Assembly (NCBI GenBank): GCA_964035545.1
Contig: OZ037766.1
Coordinates: 11,026,722 to 11,090,721, forward strand
From: Bugula neritina
Lineage: Eukaryota; Animalia; Bryozoa
DNA: 64,000 bases
Direction of reading: 5' to 3'
Made by a program: the position numbers and the translations under genes. Shown here one piece after another: positions 13,401 through 26,627 of this stretch. The notes below the pieces were generated by a model that saw only the letters and a program-made list of their open reading frames with translations, had not been told where the DNA came from and made no database searches. Within the stretch, counting starts at the first letter, position 1. Every line of letters starts with the position of its first letter.

Positions 13401-16400
13401 CAAAACCATGAAAAGTTAACTCTTATTCCAGATACTTTATATTAGCTATTATAGCTATTAGCATATTAGCTATTTAGCAATCAATACAACAGTTATATAC
13501 TATATTGCGGTACCAAAATAAAAAAATGTGGTCTAACTGGGAAATGTCCATGTGGGAAATTTAGCCTAGCGTCTATCTGGGATGAAACCAGTTGCACATA
13601 TATGATCTATGCAACACCTGTACATCTTGTGCTGATAAGAATCTTACCTGTGTGTAGCATTGTGGATATCAAATCTCTGCTTTGGTAAGCTACAAATTAA
13701 AAGTGGGCAGAAGCTGTAAAAATATTTCCAATTGGTATTTTATATTTTGACCAGTTGTGAAAATTACCCATCTACACTAAATGTTAGACTCGACCCTTTA
13801 TATAGTTAAGGCAATGATACACTATAGCTCTCTCTTTGCCAAAATCAGTTGGTTTTTAGCTATAGTTAGCTGTTCAGGTAATAATCAATGAATTGCCCTG
13901 CTAGACAGTAGAGTCTCTTTTGCTTGACTTGCTTAGCCACTGACTTGACTTGCCACGATATTATCCCAGCTTTGAGATGTGTCATCCCAGATAGATGCTA
14001 CCCTACTTAAATGCTATTTATTTATTTTAGTACAATATGATTATACGTATTTTATGTGCAATTCATTTGAATGTTATTGACATATATGTATATTTAAATA
14101 AATTTGGACCAATCGTTTGTTATTTAGCACATGAATAAATTTCTTTGATTTGCATTAACGTATTAATTCTGCATTTTTTATACTTCTTGTTGTTTGAAAA
14201 AAGACTATTTTAATAAGAGGTATTCATTAAAGATATGTCTATTATTAATGTATTCCTTTTTTTTGTCTCGCACAAACTCGTAAAAATTGGAATATTATTC
14301 CAGATAATTCATGTTAACTGTTATTTCATGTTTAGCAATTAATACAACAACTATCTAGGTATATATGGATATATCATTATATATGCTACCAAAATAAAAA
14401 CTAGCGTCTAACTGGGAAGCGTCTATCTGAGATGAAACCCTCTGAGAACCTTATAATTATGGTATTTGAATTGCTTACCAGTTCCCTCTTCTTCCTCTCC
14501 TCTAATATCAACTCTGGTGTTGGCTTTAGGTAGTGTATCTTCCATAAAATCTAAAAACTACAATAGGTGATGCTATTTGATATTTTTACTCAATAAATAT
14601 AAACACCTCACACACCACAATATTGCTAAACTTAAAATTTTTTAACAAAGAGATTATTTGCATATGCAAATTTCATTCACAACCAAACGAAATCCAAGTA
14701 GTAAAACAGAAAACTTGTATTGGGCAACTATGTTATTAAATTTATCAGCAACAGATGCCCTTTTTTAAGTCATGTTTAATTTTCGATCCTTCCATCAATA
14801 ACTATCAACTTGGCTGGTGAATCTGGCTTAGGGATTTAAAGTGCATAGAAAGTTTTTAATACTATCAAATCTGTAATATATAATACAGTGTAGATAAATT
14901 TATTTTGGCTAATATTTATTTGAATTCTTAGACTTGAGGGAAATCTACTCCCTGAATGAATGCTAATTACTCACCTCGGGGTTTTCTAGGAAGTCCACCA
15001 CTTTCCCATGTGGCTCAATTTGCTTGCAAAGCAACTCCAGCTTTTCTGTTAGCGTCTGTATATCAACTTCATAATTTCCAGTCATTGCTTGCTTAGCGCG
15101 CTGAAATTCACAGGAGGTGTTTATTTTGTATTGAACATTAAGTTTTCTAAAAGCCTATTTTCAGCTTCTTCTAGTTATCTTGTTGAGACTTCATAGAACT
15201 TCAACATATTTGAACTCACCGAGTCAATTTTATACTTTTGTAAAATTGTAAACAAGTTTTCAAGAGCTATATCAACGTCATGAAGCAAATCTTCCTTCTC
15301 TTTAATAGATTTGGTGGTTGTTGCAAGTTGCTGCTTTTTATCTTCAACTTCTTGAGTTGCTTGGTCAATTTTTTTCGTACCCCTGAAAAGTGCTTGCAAT
15401 GCTGAACATAAGTGAGATATGATGAGAAAACATGCCATAAATTGTACAACTACAAAATAAGCTGATAACTAGTGTAGTATATAGCAAATCTTAAAAAGAG
15501 TTTTTTTTAGGAAGTTATGCAAAACTAGTAAGTTTTTGTACTAAATCTGAATCTAAATTTCTTGTTGTTCATGAAATTGCTACTGCTACTATTACTGAAA
15601 ATAAAAAAACTAGATTTTAAAAAAGTTAAAAGTTGGCAAACGTAAAGGAATTAAATGCTGCTGTGGTGTTTCATTGAATTTTACATATAGTTTCAGCTAA
15701 AGCTTTTAATTTATTGTTTATAAAAAAATTGTTTGTACCTCAATAAATAAAAATTAAATGATTAAAGTAATTAAATCATTGTTAACTCACTCAGACACTC
15801 TTTTCTCACTAAAATATTTGATCTTCTGATATTCCTTGCTAACTCCCTGCTTCTCTATCTCAAGCAGAGCTTTCTGGTCTTCTAGATTGGAAATTTGTAG
15901 TTCCAAAGCTTTTTGTACTTTATTCTGTTGTACTATAGCTGGCAGTATTTCCTGTATGAAATATTGAGTTAAGAGTAACTGCAGTTTACTGAGAGTGTAA
16001 TTTTTGTACGTTGTATATACAACTTTCTGAGAGTGTACATGGGAAATGCGGAGAAATGAATGCCAAACAAAATTGTATAATAATTAAAGTGATTTTTTAG
16101 TTTTCAGAATAATAAAATATTTATAATAACTATATTATATTTCTTGTATAAATAATTACCTCTTTAGTAGAAACTTTACAGGCATTTTTTAAAACTGAAG
16201 ATTTTGTTTCATAGTCCACTCTCTTCTTCCTTTGCTGCTCATATTTCTGCTGCATTGAGTAGGCTTCATCTAAAACATAAGAATATTATTTCTATAAAGC
16301 GAAAGTTAGCCAATACGTGGTTAAATTGTTACATGAAATAGACCATGTAAAACTCAGCCAATCAGCGAAGTGTACCAGGTCAATGTCTTACCATTGTAAC

Positions 16401-19400
16401 TGATATAAAATTCTGCAAGTTCAATTGCAAAATGCATGCTTCTAAAAGCTAGTTGTGCAACTTTTTTTTCATGCATTATTTAATTTCATATCTTAAATTG
16501 ATGACTCTTGAAATGAATTTTTAAAATGTCTAAATTAAGTGTTTATAAAATACAATTAAAAATTTCATGTCTAGAAAAATGACCTGGTACACTTTTGCAA
16601 CTTAAGGCCAATTATTACATAACTGCCAGCTTAGTAGTTATTTGTTGTTGCAGCTTGAATGGGTTATTGTTTAGCATTGGAAGCTTGCAGTAAACATCTG
16701 TGAATTTGGTACATGACTTTGATTGGCTGGTTTTTGAATGGCCCTTTAGTATATGCATCTGGATGGCTAAGTAGTGTTGACTCCGCCTACATCTAGCTAA
16801 TGTACAGTAGCCAATCCACAGTAGTATTACAAAATTTCTGTTTAACAAATGAAATATTCTGATCATTTGTCTTGTACTTTACAATAGTAAATATTCTATT
16901 CAACTAGAATTTTATTGTATGTGAGCCATGGGAACTACTAAGAGGTTAAATCAACCACCCATGCTAGTAATATTGTAGCTCGCAGTAATAGCAAGTCCAC
17001 ACCATATAAATATACGCATAAGCTATTATGTGCAGCTTATGAATGCTGAAATGACCCCATTTCTTACCTTCTATTTGAAAAAAATTGTATTACATATTCT
17101 GCCACTTCTGCACCAGGAACTTGTTTTCCTTTTAAATTTTGAAAATAGTGGTCAGTTTCTGCAGCAGTCAACATCCACAATAAACAACGTAAGCTTTCAA
17201 ATAAACTATAAATATATGAAATATTAGTGTGGAAACAATGTCATTTATTCATTGCTATGATGAAAAAATTACAAGAATATTATATAAAAGCTAGATATAG
17301 ATTTCTAGTAAAATGGCACAGGTAAAAATAACACATTTTTACTTCAAATTCTAAATTTCATCAGTCACCAATGGTGGCTGTAGATTACAGAGAGCACAGC
17401 AGACTATCATAATCATAATCATAAGGATGGTCAGCCCACTGAGCAAAATTCAACTCCAACCCTTCATTTGGGTTACCAATGCACTAAAGCATATAATGTA
17501 AGACGCACAAAAAAACAGTGGTTTTAATGAAACATGTGAAAGAAGCGAACAGAAAAACGTCTTCAACAGAGTCAGCTGATATAGAGCAACAGAACTCATC
17601 TGACAGCCATCCTCATAGTCAGACTTCATCAGAAGTAACTGAGTTACCAGAATCATCAACTACTCAGAAAAAAAGATCTGCACTTTCTATTGATAGACGA
17701 AAATCAAAAGTTGGAAGAAAAGGCTCAAAAAGTTCCACGTTTAAACAAAAAGCAACTATTGAAAAAGTAAAAGTTTTTAAAACTTTCACCACTACAGATG
17801 AGCGAACTAAATTCTATACTGGAATTCCTACACGTTCTCTATACTATTTTTTAGCAAGGTAAAAATTATGATTTTCTTATTGCAAAGATAGACTATGGTT
17901 TATTACAAATAAACAATGCAAGTCTCACTATGCTAAAATCTGTACATTGATTATATTTGATGTGTAGTAAAACTGTCATTTTAATTAAATTTGTTGCAGT
18001 ATGAGTGTATCATTCATACATTTCTTATTAAAGATGTTGTTTTATGTAAGATATTTATAAATACCACAGTGGTCATCTGCATGCTTTGATTTATTTAGTT
18101 TAGGGTTTTATTTAAACAAGCAGCAGTCTTTTATTTGTGGACAAATTGACTCACTTTCTCCAGGAAAAGTAAATTGTTTTGACTTAAATTTTCTTTGGTT
18201 ATTTTAAAGCTTATCAAAAGTGGCCTCCTAATCTATATTTTAGCTGAAACTAACTCAGTGTTTAAAACTAAAATGGTTTACACTTGTTACTAGTTTCACT
18301 TATTCACAAGCATTATTAAATGCTATTCTAGAAATAATATGGGTTTGAATTAGTTATAGTATAATTATAAAATGAAGTAATAATTATTTGTCCACAGTAT
18401 TTGTTTAAACTCATGACTTCATTCAAAGAATGTATTCATACAACTAGCTTATTATGTACTGTTACAGTATTATGTAACACATGTTGACACACATTACATT
18501 CTGTTTGGATGGTGATATATTGGGTCAAGCCTTCAACTAGCAGTTTTTGAACTTCATAGTTCTTGCAAAATATAACTGAAGCTACTTACCAGAGGGTAAA
18601 AACTGCTGAATGAATACAAACTAAGCACAAAATTTATTTAACACATACATTATAATTTGAATCATAATTTAATTTTCATTCTTTGTTTACTATATTTAGA
18701 TTTATATGTCCGAAGATGAAAGTTCTCACTTTCAGAAAAAAAGTTAACAGGACAAGATAAACTTTTATTGGCTTTGATGAAGCTGCGTCAATATTTACAG
18801 TTTCAAATGCTTGCTGGCCTTTTTTATATCTCTAAATTAAGTTACTGCAAACAAAGTTGATTGCTAACCTTCGAATCCATGTCAAAAGAGCAATCAAAAG
18901 AATAAAGGAGTTCAATATTTTAAATGGTCCTGGAGGTGTGAACTTGGTGTTGGCACCTCTATTAGACAAGATTATGATAGTTTGCTGTGCTCTCTGTAAT
19001 CTACAGCCACCATTGGTGACTATGAAATATTTAGAATTTGAAGTAAAAATGTGTTATTTTTACCTGTGCCATTTTACTAGAAATCTATATCTAGCTTTTA
19101 TATAATATTCTTATAATTTTTCATCATAGCAATGAATAAATTACATTGTTTCCACACTAATATTTCATATATTTATAGTTTATTTGAAAGCTTACGTTGT
19201 TTATTGTGGATGTTGACTGCTGCAGAAACTGACCACTATTTTCAAAATTTAAAAGGAAAACAAGTTCCTGGTGCAGAAGTGGCAGAATATGTAATACAAT
19301 TTTTTTCAAATTGAAGGTAAGAAATGGGGTCATTTCAGCATTCATAAGCTGCACATAATAGTTTATGTGTATATTTATATGGTGTAGACTTGCTATTACT

Positions 19401-22400
19401 GCGAGCTACAATATTACTAGCATGGGTGGTTGATTTAACCTCCTAGTAGTTCTCATGGCTCACATACAATAAAATTCTAGTTGAATAGAATATTTACTAT
19501 TGTAAAGTACAAGACAAATGACCAGAATATTTCATTTGTTAAACAGAAATTTTGTAATACTACTGTGGATTGGCTACTGTACATTAGCTAGATGTAGGCG
19601 GAGTCAACACTACTTAGCCATCCAGATGCATATACTAAAGGGCCATTCAAAAACCAGCCAATCAAAGTCATGTACCAAATTCACAGATGTTTACTGCAAG
19701 CTTCCAATGCTAAACAATAACCCATTCAAGCTGCAACAACAAATAACTACTAAGCTGGCAGTTATGTAATAATTGGCCTTAAGTTGCAAAAGTGTACCAG
19801 GTCATTTTTCTAGACATGAAATTTTTAATTGTATTTTATAAACACTTAATTTAGACATTTCAAAAATTCATTTCAAGAGTCATCAATTTAAGATATGAAA
19901 TTAAATAATGCATGAAAAAAAGTTGCACAACTAGCTTTTAGAAGCATGCAGTTTGCAATTGAACTTGCAGAATTTTATATCAGTTACAATGGTAAGACAT
20001 TGACCTGGTACACTTCGCTGATTGGCTGAGTTTTACATGGTCTATTAGGAAATATACTTTAAAAATAGCTTTTGATGGTTATTAAATAGCAGTAACGAAA
20101 TTTTTTTTCAAGTAATGGATGCAGATTTAATTTAATATAACTACTTTAATTACATACTATCGCAAATTTGTTCAATGGTAGCCTGTGCTCATCAATTTTA
20201 ATTATTTTATTATTAATTTCCACTGTTTCTCTGTTACTAAAATAAGAACAAAATGTTGGAGATTTCAAGTTGGTTATCTTATAAAACTGATATTTTTTTA
20301 TAGTGGGTTTCTACAGTAACTGTTGGAATTTTGGAGTTTTAGTTTCTACTGGTTACAGTTACAATCTGTATTACCTATATCGAAATATCTCATAGCAGAT
20401 GCTACCTTGTTATACCATGATGCTATGGTGCTGGCTGTATGTGCGTTTTCAAAGATAAAAAGTTTACACTTCGTTCAACTTTCTCACTATATAGTAACCT
20501 ACCAGCTTCTTTGCTAACCATTTCTTGCATTGGATTTGGAGTATTATTATTTCTCCCAAGTTTTGGTTTTTCAGAACCCTTCAACTCCTTGTGAGCTTTA
20601 TCCACCTCCTTTCTCATTTTCCCCAGCAATTTGTCACGATTCTTCTTACTCTCAAAGAACTCTTCATGGAATCGTTTAGTGTCCTATAGTTTGTAATCAC
20701 AATACTCTATGTAGGTCTTTATTACTAGCTGGTGTACCGTGTATATATAACTGTATCATGTAATGTGGGTACACTGTGCACTGTGTATACACTGTATACC
20801 ATGCACTTTTAAAGCTCAAGGCAAATTAATGAACCCCATCACTATACCTCCTTTTTTGTGACTATATTATTTAGGTTCTCATTAAATTTATTGATAAAGC
20901 AAAACAAACAAACAATAATGAACAGAGTTCCCTCAAAGCACATTTTTTGTCTCTATTGTATGTTATAACAGTTACCTGGCCGGTTTTCTCTGCCAGTGCC
21001 TTAGAGTCTTGATTGATTTGGATGGCATTTTCCAGTTCTTTTCTATGAGCCTTCAGCTCAATCTCTAAAGATACCAAGTCGAGGCTTACTGTGACTTATA
21101 AGCCTTATTCTATGTATTTTTATATTTCATAATATTTCTTATATTTTTTACCGTTAGAAAAATGTATACAAAATTATAATAAACGATACATGTCAATTAG
21201 TTACTAACCTAACTCATCAATCTTCCAAGGGTAGCTCTGGGTTTCTTCTTTCAGCGTATCTAATATTTTCCGATAAGTTTTGGAAATTAGCTGAGCACTA
21301 TTCAATTTCATTTTCAACTTCTCAGCCCTGTCAATCAACTCACATACATTAAAATATTTTGAGAAAAAGTACCGTACAAGCAGAAGTATAAATGTGATTT
21401 ATAAAGGTTGATAGAAGTTACCATGTCTGTTTCAAGTTTTAAGCAGTTCAAAGCACTGAACAGCCACATTTAGTCGAAATATAGCTGTTCAGTTTTGTCC
21501 GTGGTGAAGTGTACGGTAGCGTTTTGGAAAACTATGTATTCAGGGAAACTGAGTTAAATGTGGCAATTGGTTGGAAAATATGGAAGCTTTTCCATCAGCT
21601 TAGTATTTGAATGATTCTCTGTCGATAGTATAAACTATAAAGTATATAGCTAGGCTAACTTTGTGACAGTTGTAATACATCAAATGATGCTGAAGTTTGT
21701 GGTAAACAACAGCATAAGATATAGAATTTAAACCATGAGCAGACTATGCACCATATAACTGATTAACCCACTTGTTCTCTAATAATCTTATATTCTGTGT
21801 TTCTGGAGAGCTCAATTCTTCCTGTTTCAATTTTTCTTTTTGAGCATTTGCTAGTTTCAACTCTTCAGTTAACTTCCTCACCTGTTCCATTTTTTGTTGC
21901 TTCAGGTGGACCTAAACAGTGAAATGTAATGACATAGTGCGTGTTGCAAGCCAGTCTGAGTTTCTAGAATTTCCAATCAATAGTTTCTCAAGTCTCAAGC
22001 TATTTGTATTTAATTAAAATGAGATGAGCTTCCAATAACTTCAAGCTTAGTTGTAGCAAGAATGCCGGCATATGCTGATTTCAGATTTCTCCTTGACAAT
22101 TTATTATCCCAATAGTGAAAATTTTGCAGAAACAAATGCCAGCAGTCTACTTTAAAGTTTTACCTTTAACCCGACAGGTGAAAAAATATTGCTAGAGGAT
22201 TGTATACTTGCATGAAGTATTTTTATGAATTTACCCTATTGTGTTTTGGTGTGACTCAATCATTTTCCAAGTAAACTAAGTATAAGAATCAAAATTCGTT
22301 TACGAGAAATTAAGCAACTCACCTGTAAATTATACTTCTTTATACTTTCACACACTTTCTGATCTTGTATTTTGATAGCCTCACTCATTGTCTTTTTGAC

Positions 22401-25400
22401 AACAAAAAGTTTCTCAGCTGGTTGCTTTTTGTCATAGGCATGTGCTATGTTGTGACTATCAGGTGATAATTTTTGTTCTTTAAGATGAAATTTGTTTCTC
22501 CTCCGTTCTGACAATAATGTCGCAAAGTTTTTCTTCTTTTCATCTTCACTTTTTTCAAATGCTGCTTTCCTTTCATATTCTACAGTTACAGTATGTTGGC
22601 AAATTGTGTTGAAATCTTTATTCATATAACTACCTTTTTTCATAGAAATAACCTAAATTTCATTGATTTAAGTTATATGTTTGAACAGCTATATATTATA
22701 TGTTTTGTAGAAAAGTACTGCTAGCTATTATTTTACATACTCATCTAGGTTTGGCAGACTAAAAATGGGACAATTCCTTAAATTATGACAATCTAAAATC
22801 AAAAATGATACGTATCCAATCTGATTGTGAGGTCACATTAATTAATAAGTGTGACTGTTACCTGCTAGTTGTATCTTAGACTTTAGTTCGTCTATCACTT
22901 GCTCTGTACTGATTTTATCAGATGCAAGTTTGTCCACTCGACCTCTAAGTGGCCGAGACATTGAAGCTATTGATCTTAAACTACTTATAACAAATAAGTA
23001 GAAAAATTTCAATTTTTCATTCAAGTTTAACTATTTAAGTGTCTGTGTGCTTTACACAACGCCATACCACAATGTCATCCTATTGTTGAATGCCAACTTA
23101 CTTTTTTAGTTTCATTATTATACGTTGCAGTGAAGTACACTGGGGCAAATCTTGATGAAGTTGAAAAGCTTAGGCATTCTATAGACCATGAGAGGAAAGC
23201 AAAGAAGAGTGCTCGAGCGAAATTGTCATCTAGACAATTGGCTCATGAGTCAAGGGCTGATCTACCTGGCGGGTTCTGGAAGGAAACTTCACTTGTGGAG
23301 GTAAGGGGAAAGGGGCCAATAAATCAACATCTTTAATATAAAATCTTCAAACTTCGAAGATTGTGTCTAAACTTTTAATGTCACCATCCAATTTAAAGCA
23401 AAGAGTTGCAGATTCCTCGGAAATAACCAATCCAAATATTCTGTAAAGTAATGACAACTAGTCCATTTAGTTTTCGTTTCTTTTGTCTTGACCAGCAGTC
23501 AAAGTTTGGAGGAAATGGTGGAGCATTCTAGAAAAGTTAACGCTAATCTTAGAAAGATAAGGAATATTGAAATGAACTTACTGTCAATTTTAGAAATAAA
23601 GCATAAATATGCCGCTTGTGTGTTGTATCTATACCAGCATTAATCAGGTCATTGTTGAAGTTTTCACAAAGAAAATGACTTATTATAGTGATACTCATTT
23701 GTGGAAAATAATTTGTATTAATTTTACATTTCTAGAAATAAAACACACGCGAGTAGCATATATATATATATAGATATGAGAAAATAAAAAAAGAAAAGTT
23801 AAAGAAACTTCTCACTGACAAAGATATATAATGACACCAACGATGGTTATAATGACTTGCATGTTTTGGCTTTTGATATTTCATGAAGCTGCACATCTTT
23901 ATGACAAACTATCTCAATGTCTCATACACTGTGGTTGGGCTGGTATGGTGGAGTACTGTTGAATAAAAAGACTCCAAGAGAAATAGTTGGGCACTGCATA
24001 TAATCACGTCAGACCCCGAACTTTGACTACTGGTCTTGCAGATGAGGCTTGACTAGAACTGGTTTATTTCGTGTATAATTTTTGAAATCAAAACATTTTT
24101 ATTTCAACTGCAACATGTTTAGTAGTGTCTTTTTTTCAAAACCAGTAAACATTTTTCAAAGCAATAAATGTGCCATGATAGAAAATAATATATTTATTTA
24201 ATTTAAATCATGTCTGTTTGTAGTGCCTTCCTTCTTCTCAATCTAATAAAGATGTTTTGATGCTGGAAAATTCTGATGATAATGAAGGTTTGTTAGTTTT
24301 TTAGTTTAATTTTTTTGGCAGGTTTTTAATAAAATTAATAACCAATTCAATCTATAACAGTGTGTATATGTTTGATCAACTAATGATAGTTACATATAGA
24401 AGCATTTTGATGTTGTGCTCACTATAAAAATTTCTAGAACTTTTTTCCTTATCAACTACTGTGCGTGATCATTTTGCTGTTTATTAGTTAATTTTTTTCA
24501 GAGCTAAGCCTATCTGACAACTCATTGAATTCAGAGGATTTAAAGCCAGTTGCTGAGAAAGAAATCAAAGGTATGGCCTTCTAAATTAGTGTATTATTTT
24601 TATATTGAATTAAAAAATGGACTGACTACCATTTTTATAATATGCAACTATTATTTTTAATAACATGCAGTGCTGTTATAGTAATAATTTCTCTTTTACA
24701 TTGCAACAGCTCTCCTGTTTCACACAATAAATTAATAAGACATGCATCAGTTAGTAAAAGGGCAGTTGCTAATTTGAACCTGATGTGTCGCAATGTTGAC
24801 ATTTGTTGTGGGTTTAAAAAAACTAGGTAAACGTTCTTGCAATTAAAAGATAAACAGAATTCTTACAGAATAAAAACAAAACAGGCTGCTGGTAAGATAA
24901 CTACAATTAGCTATTACATCAGAGAGTGTAAACTGGAGAAGATAAATTATAGAAAAAGTATTTTTGACCTGTATCTGCTGTATGGACAGATTCATATTGT
25001 CTGGTCTGTGTGATACAGATAGGCAAGCAGCCCAGAGAGCACCATCTTTTCTAATTGACTTGAGCCAAGAAGAGGAAATTCGAAAACAGGAAGTAAAACA
25101 AAGAGCTCTTTTGCGTCGTCTGTACATGGATATTGAGAGAGAACAAGTTAAAGAATATAAGAAAATGAAATCACATCTTAACAGTATACAACAGTGAGCT
25201 TTCTATTGCTCTAACATAAATTTTAAATGTTTGATTTATTTACTGGTACATATAAATTTCAAAGGTTTAAAAATGTAATCTAATTCAGAATAAAAAGGAA
25301 AAAGGAGCAAGAAAGAATACGGCAGGAAGAGGCAGTGGAATCAGAGATGTCATGTGACCGTATTTTCACTCCTAATCTGTCTAGCGTTGCTAATCAGAGG

Positions 25401-26627
25401 CTGCAACCAGAAAAGCAAATAAAAAAACAGAAAGAATCCAGAAGGTAAATTTTATAGCTTTATACATTTGTTAAATATATTTATACATTGATTATCCTAT
25501 AGTCTATACCATTCAATCGCTCATGCTTTGTTTCACTGGGTATAAAACTCTTTAAGAGTCGGTAACTTGCCAGCACATTTACTGCATAATAATTGGAATA
25601 CTTTATAGTTTCAATAGGTTATTGTCTTAAACTTTAATTTCAAACTCTCTTTAAAAATTTGTTCAGGTACATAAAAGCTTTGAGATCTATGCTTAAAGAG
25701 AAAATTGAGCGCCTGAAAATTGATGTGCCACCTTTATGCTCTTGTGGAAATGACATCTGGGCTACTCATCCTGATCTTTGTGCAAATAACTGCATATTCT
25801 ATAAAAACCCAAAAGGTAAGCATGCAGCCAGTATTAAAGTTAAGTAATTTTTTAGTGTTTATTTATGACAGCTTCTCAGATGATTTAATTGTGTAGAAAC
25901 TTTCTTGCTCTAGTTGTATTGATATTAATAACTACCTCCTTTGTTTTTCAAATAGCAATACTCTATAGTCTATAGCATTTCTAGACTATAGTACTGGATA
26001 ACAAATATGTATTCATTTCTAGTCCTTCAGAAACAAACCAATTGCTGTATAGCATCTGACATTTAATTGTTAACTAATTCATTTTGTTAGGAATACATTT
26101 CCTGTAATTTTAAATCAGAAAGTATGTCAGCTTGAAAAAATACAGAACCAAATATGTTGATTAGTTGCTACCTACAAATAAGTTGAAAACTTCAGTCTCT
26201 TTACAGTTGAGCACCACTCGCCAATTTCTTTGTTAATTTACATGCTCAGTATTCACCAAGTACCTACCTATTGAATATAGCTTTGCACTGTACAATAAGA
26301 CTGGATGGGTCACTGCTGATAGTGAAATCAAAAGCTATGAGACCCATCATGCAATTATCTAGTTGGAGTTTCACAGTTTGTTTTTAATCTATCCATAGGC
26401 TTTTAATGTTAGTTGTAAATATTGTATCATCTTCCAAGTCAAATTCTAGAAACCAGTCAGTTTTGTGAAGTTGAAACCTGCACCAACATTTTACCAACTC
26501 GCACAATACAAGTCTGTCTCATTTTATAACTGATGTAAATTTTCCTGATCAGCAAAGTTTCACATATTTTGTAGGTTATGAGAGAGCTGTACACACTTTG
26601 CTAGCTTCTTGTGATATCAATGATTAG
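7430..26627 (+). CDS. CCDC15: Coiled-coil domain-containing protein 15 (centriolar). Exons 7430-7521, 8078-8219, 8748-8909, 9920-10058, 23131-23300, 24224-24287, 24502-24570, 25019-25193, 25289-25444, 25667-25815, 26575-26627
   Basis: Exon phases chain consistently. Motifs AWV, FQKDVKARV, RRLYMDIEREQVKE and YIKALRSMLKEKI..PPLCSCG..W.THPDLCANNCIFYKN..YERAVHTLLASCD match CCDC15. The first exon and the two small middle exons are less certain. Confidence 0.88.
10264..22961 (-). CDS. Outer dynein arm docking complex subunit ODAD3/CCDC151-like coiled-coil protein, nested antisense in the CCDC15 intron. Exons incl. 22961-22862, 22579-22323, 21911-21772, 21327-21209, 21064-20976, ~20683-20502, ~20434-20374, ~16269-16160, ~15951-15791, ~15382-15220, ~15100-14975, ~14549-14479, 10385-10264
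   Basis: VIDELKSKIQLAEYERKAAFE, IRLLENKAEKLKMKL, FMEDTLPKANTRV and terminal ILSREEMKKASQRIVEK..RRKKK parallel CCDC151 (ELQKKIQLLEGDRKAFFE, NRLEKAQMK, LEGRLPEYNTRI, VTRASLKIRSQKLIE). One phase link between 14975 and 14549 is unresolved. Could be a divergent paralogue (CCDC183-like), so no symbol is given. Confidence 0.78.
13126..13589. mobile_element. MITE, Merlin-like (GG..CC termini, 8-bp TSD AGTTGCAC)
   Basis: TIR GGTGTCATCCCAGTTAGACGCTA / TAGCGTCTATCTGGGATGAAACC. AGTTGCAC at 13118-13125 and 13590-13597. Confidence 0.85.
13978..14439. mobile_element. Second copy of the same Merlin-like MITE
   Basis: Colinear similarity to 13126-13589 with the same TIRs. Flanks CTTTGAGA / CTCTGAGA (8-bp TSD, one mismatch). 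Confidence 0.82.
16340..20043 (+). mobile_element. Non-autonomous ISL2EU (PHIS group) DNA transposon derivative with ~1.07 kb inverted arms (16340-17414 and 18970-20043)
   Basis: Termini AGACCATG..CATGGTCT flanked by an AT dinucleotide. Internal remnants: THAP tail KDGQPTEQNSTPTLHLGY, DERTKFYTGIP, HTH LTGQDKLLLALMKLR..LAGLFYIS, and C-terminus IANLRIHVKRAIKRIKEFNIL..VCCALCNLQPPLV. DDE core deleted, frameshifts present, intron ~17859-18699. Confidence 0.88.
23493..24032. mobile_element. hAT-like MITE in a CCDC15 intron
   Basis: TIR CAGCAGTCAAAGTTTGG / CCGAACTTTGACTACTG. Flanks GTCTTGAC / GTCTTGCA (imperfect 8-bp TSD). Confidence 0.65.

Noticed and set aside
16615-19769. Duplicate ORF pairs 16615-16866/19518-19769 and 17030-17227/19157-19354
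   Set aside because: Mirror products of the inverted arms. I could not recognise the YqaJ exonuclease expected in ISL2EU or any other domain in them.
23225-23238. RFX X-box-like GTCATCTAGACAAT upstream of the nested ciliary gene
   Set aside because: Imperfect match lying in CCDC15 coding sequence; cannot be distinguished from chance by eye.
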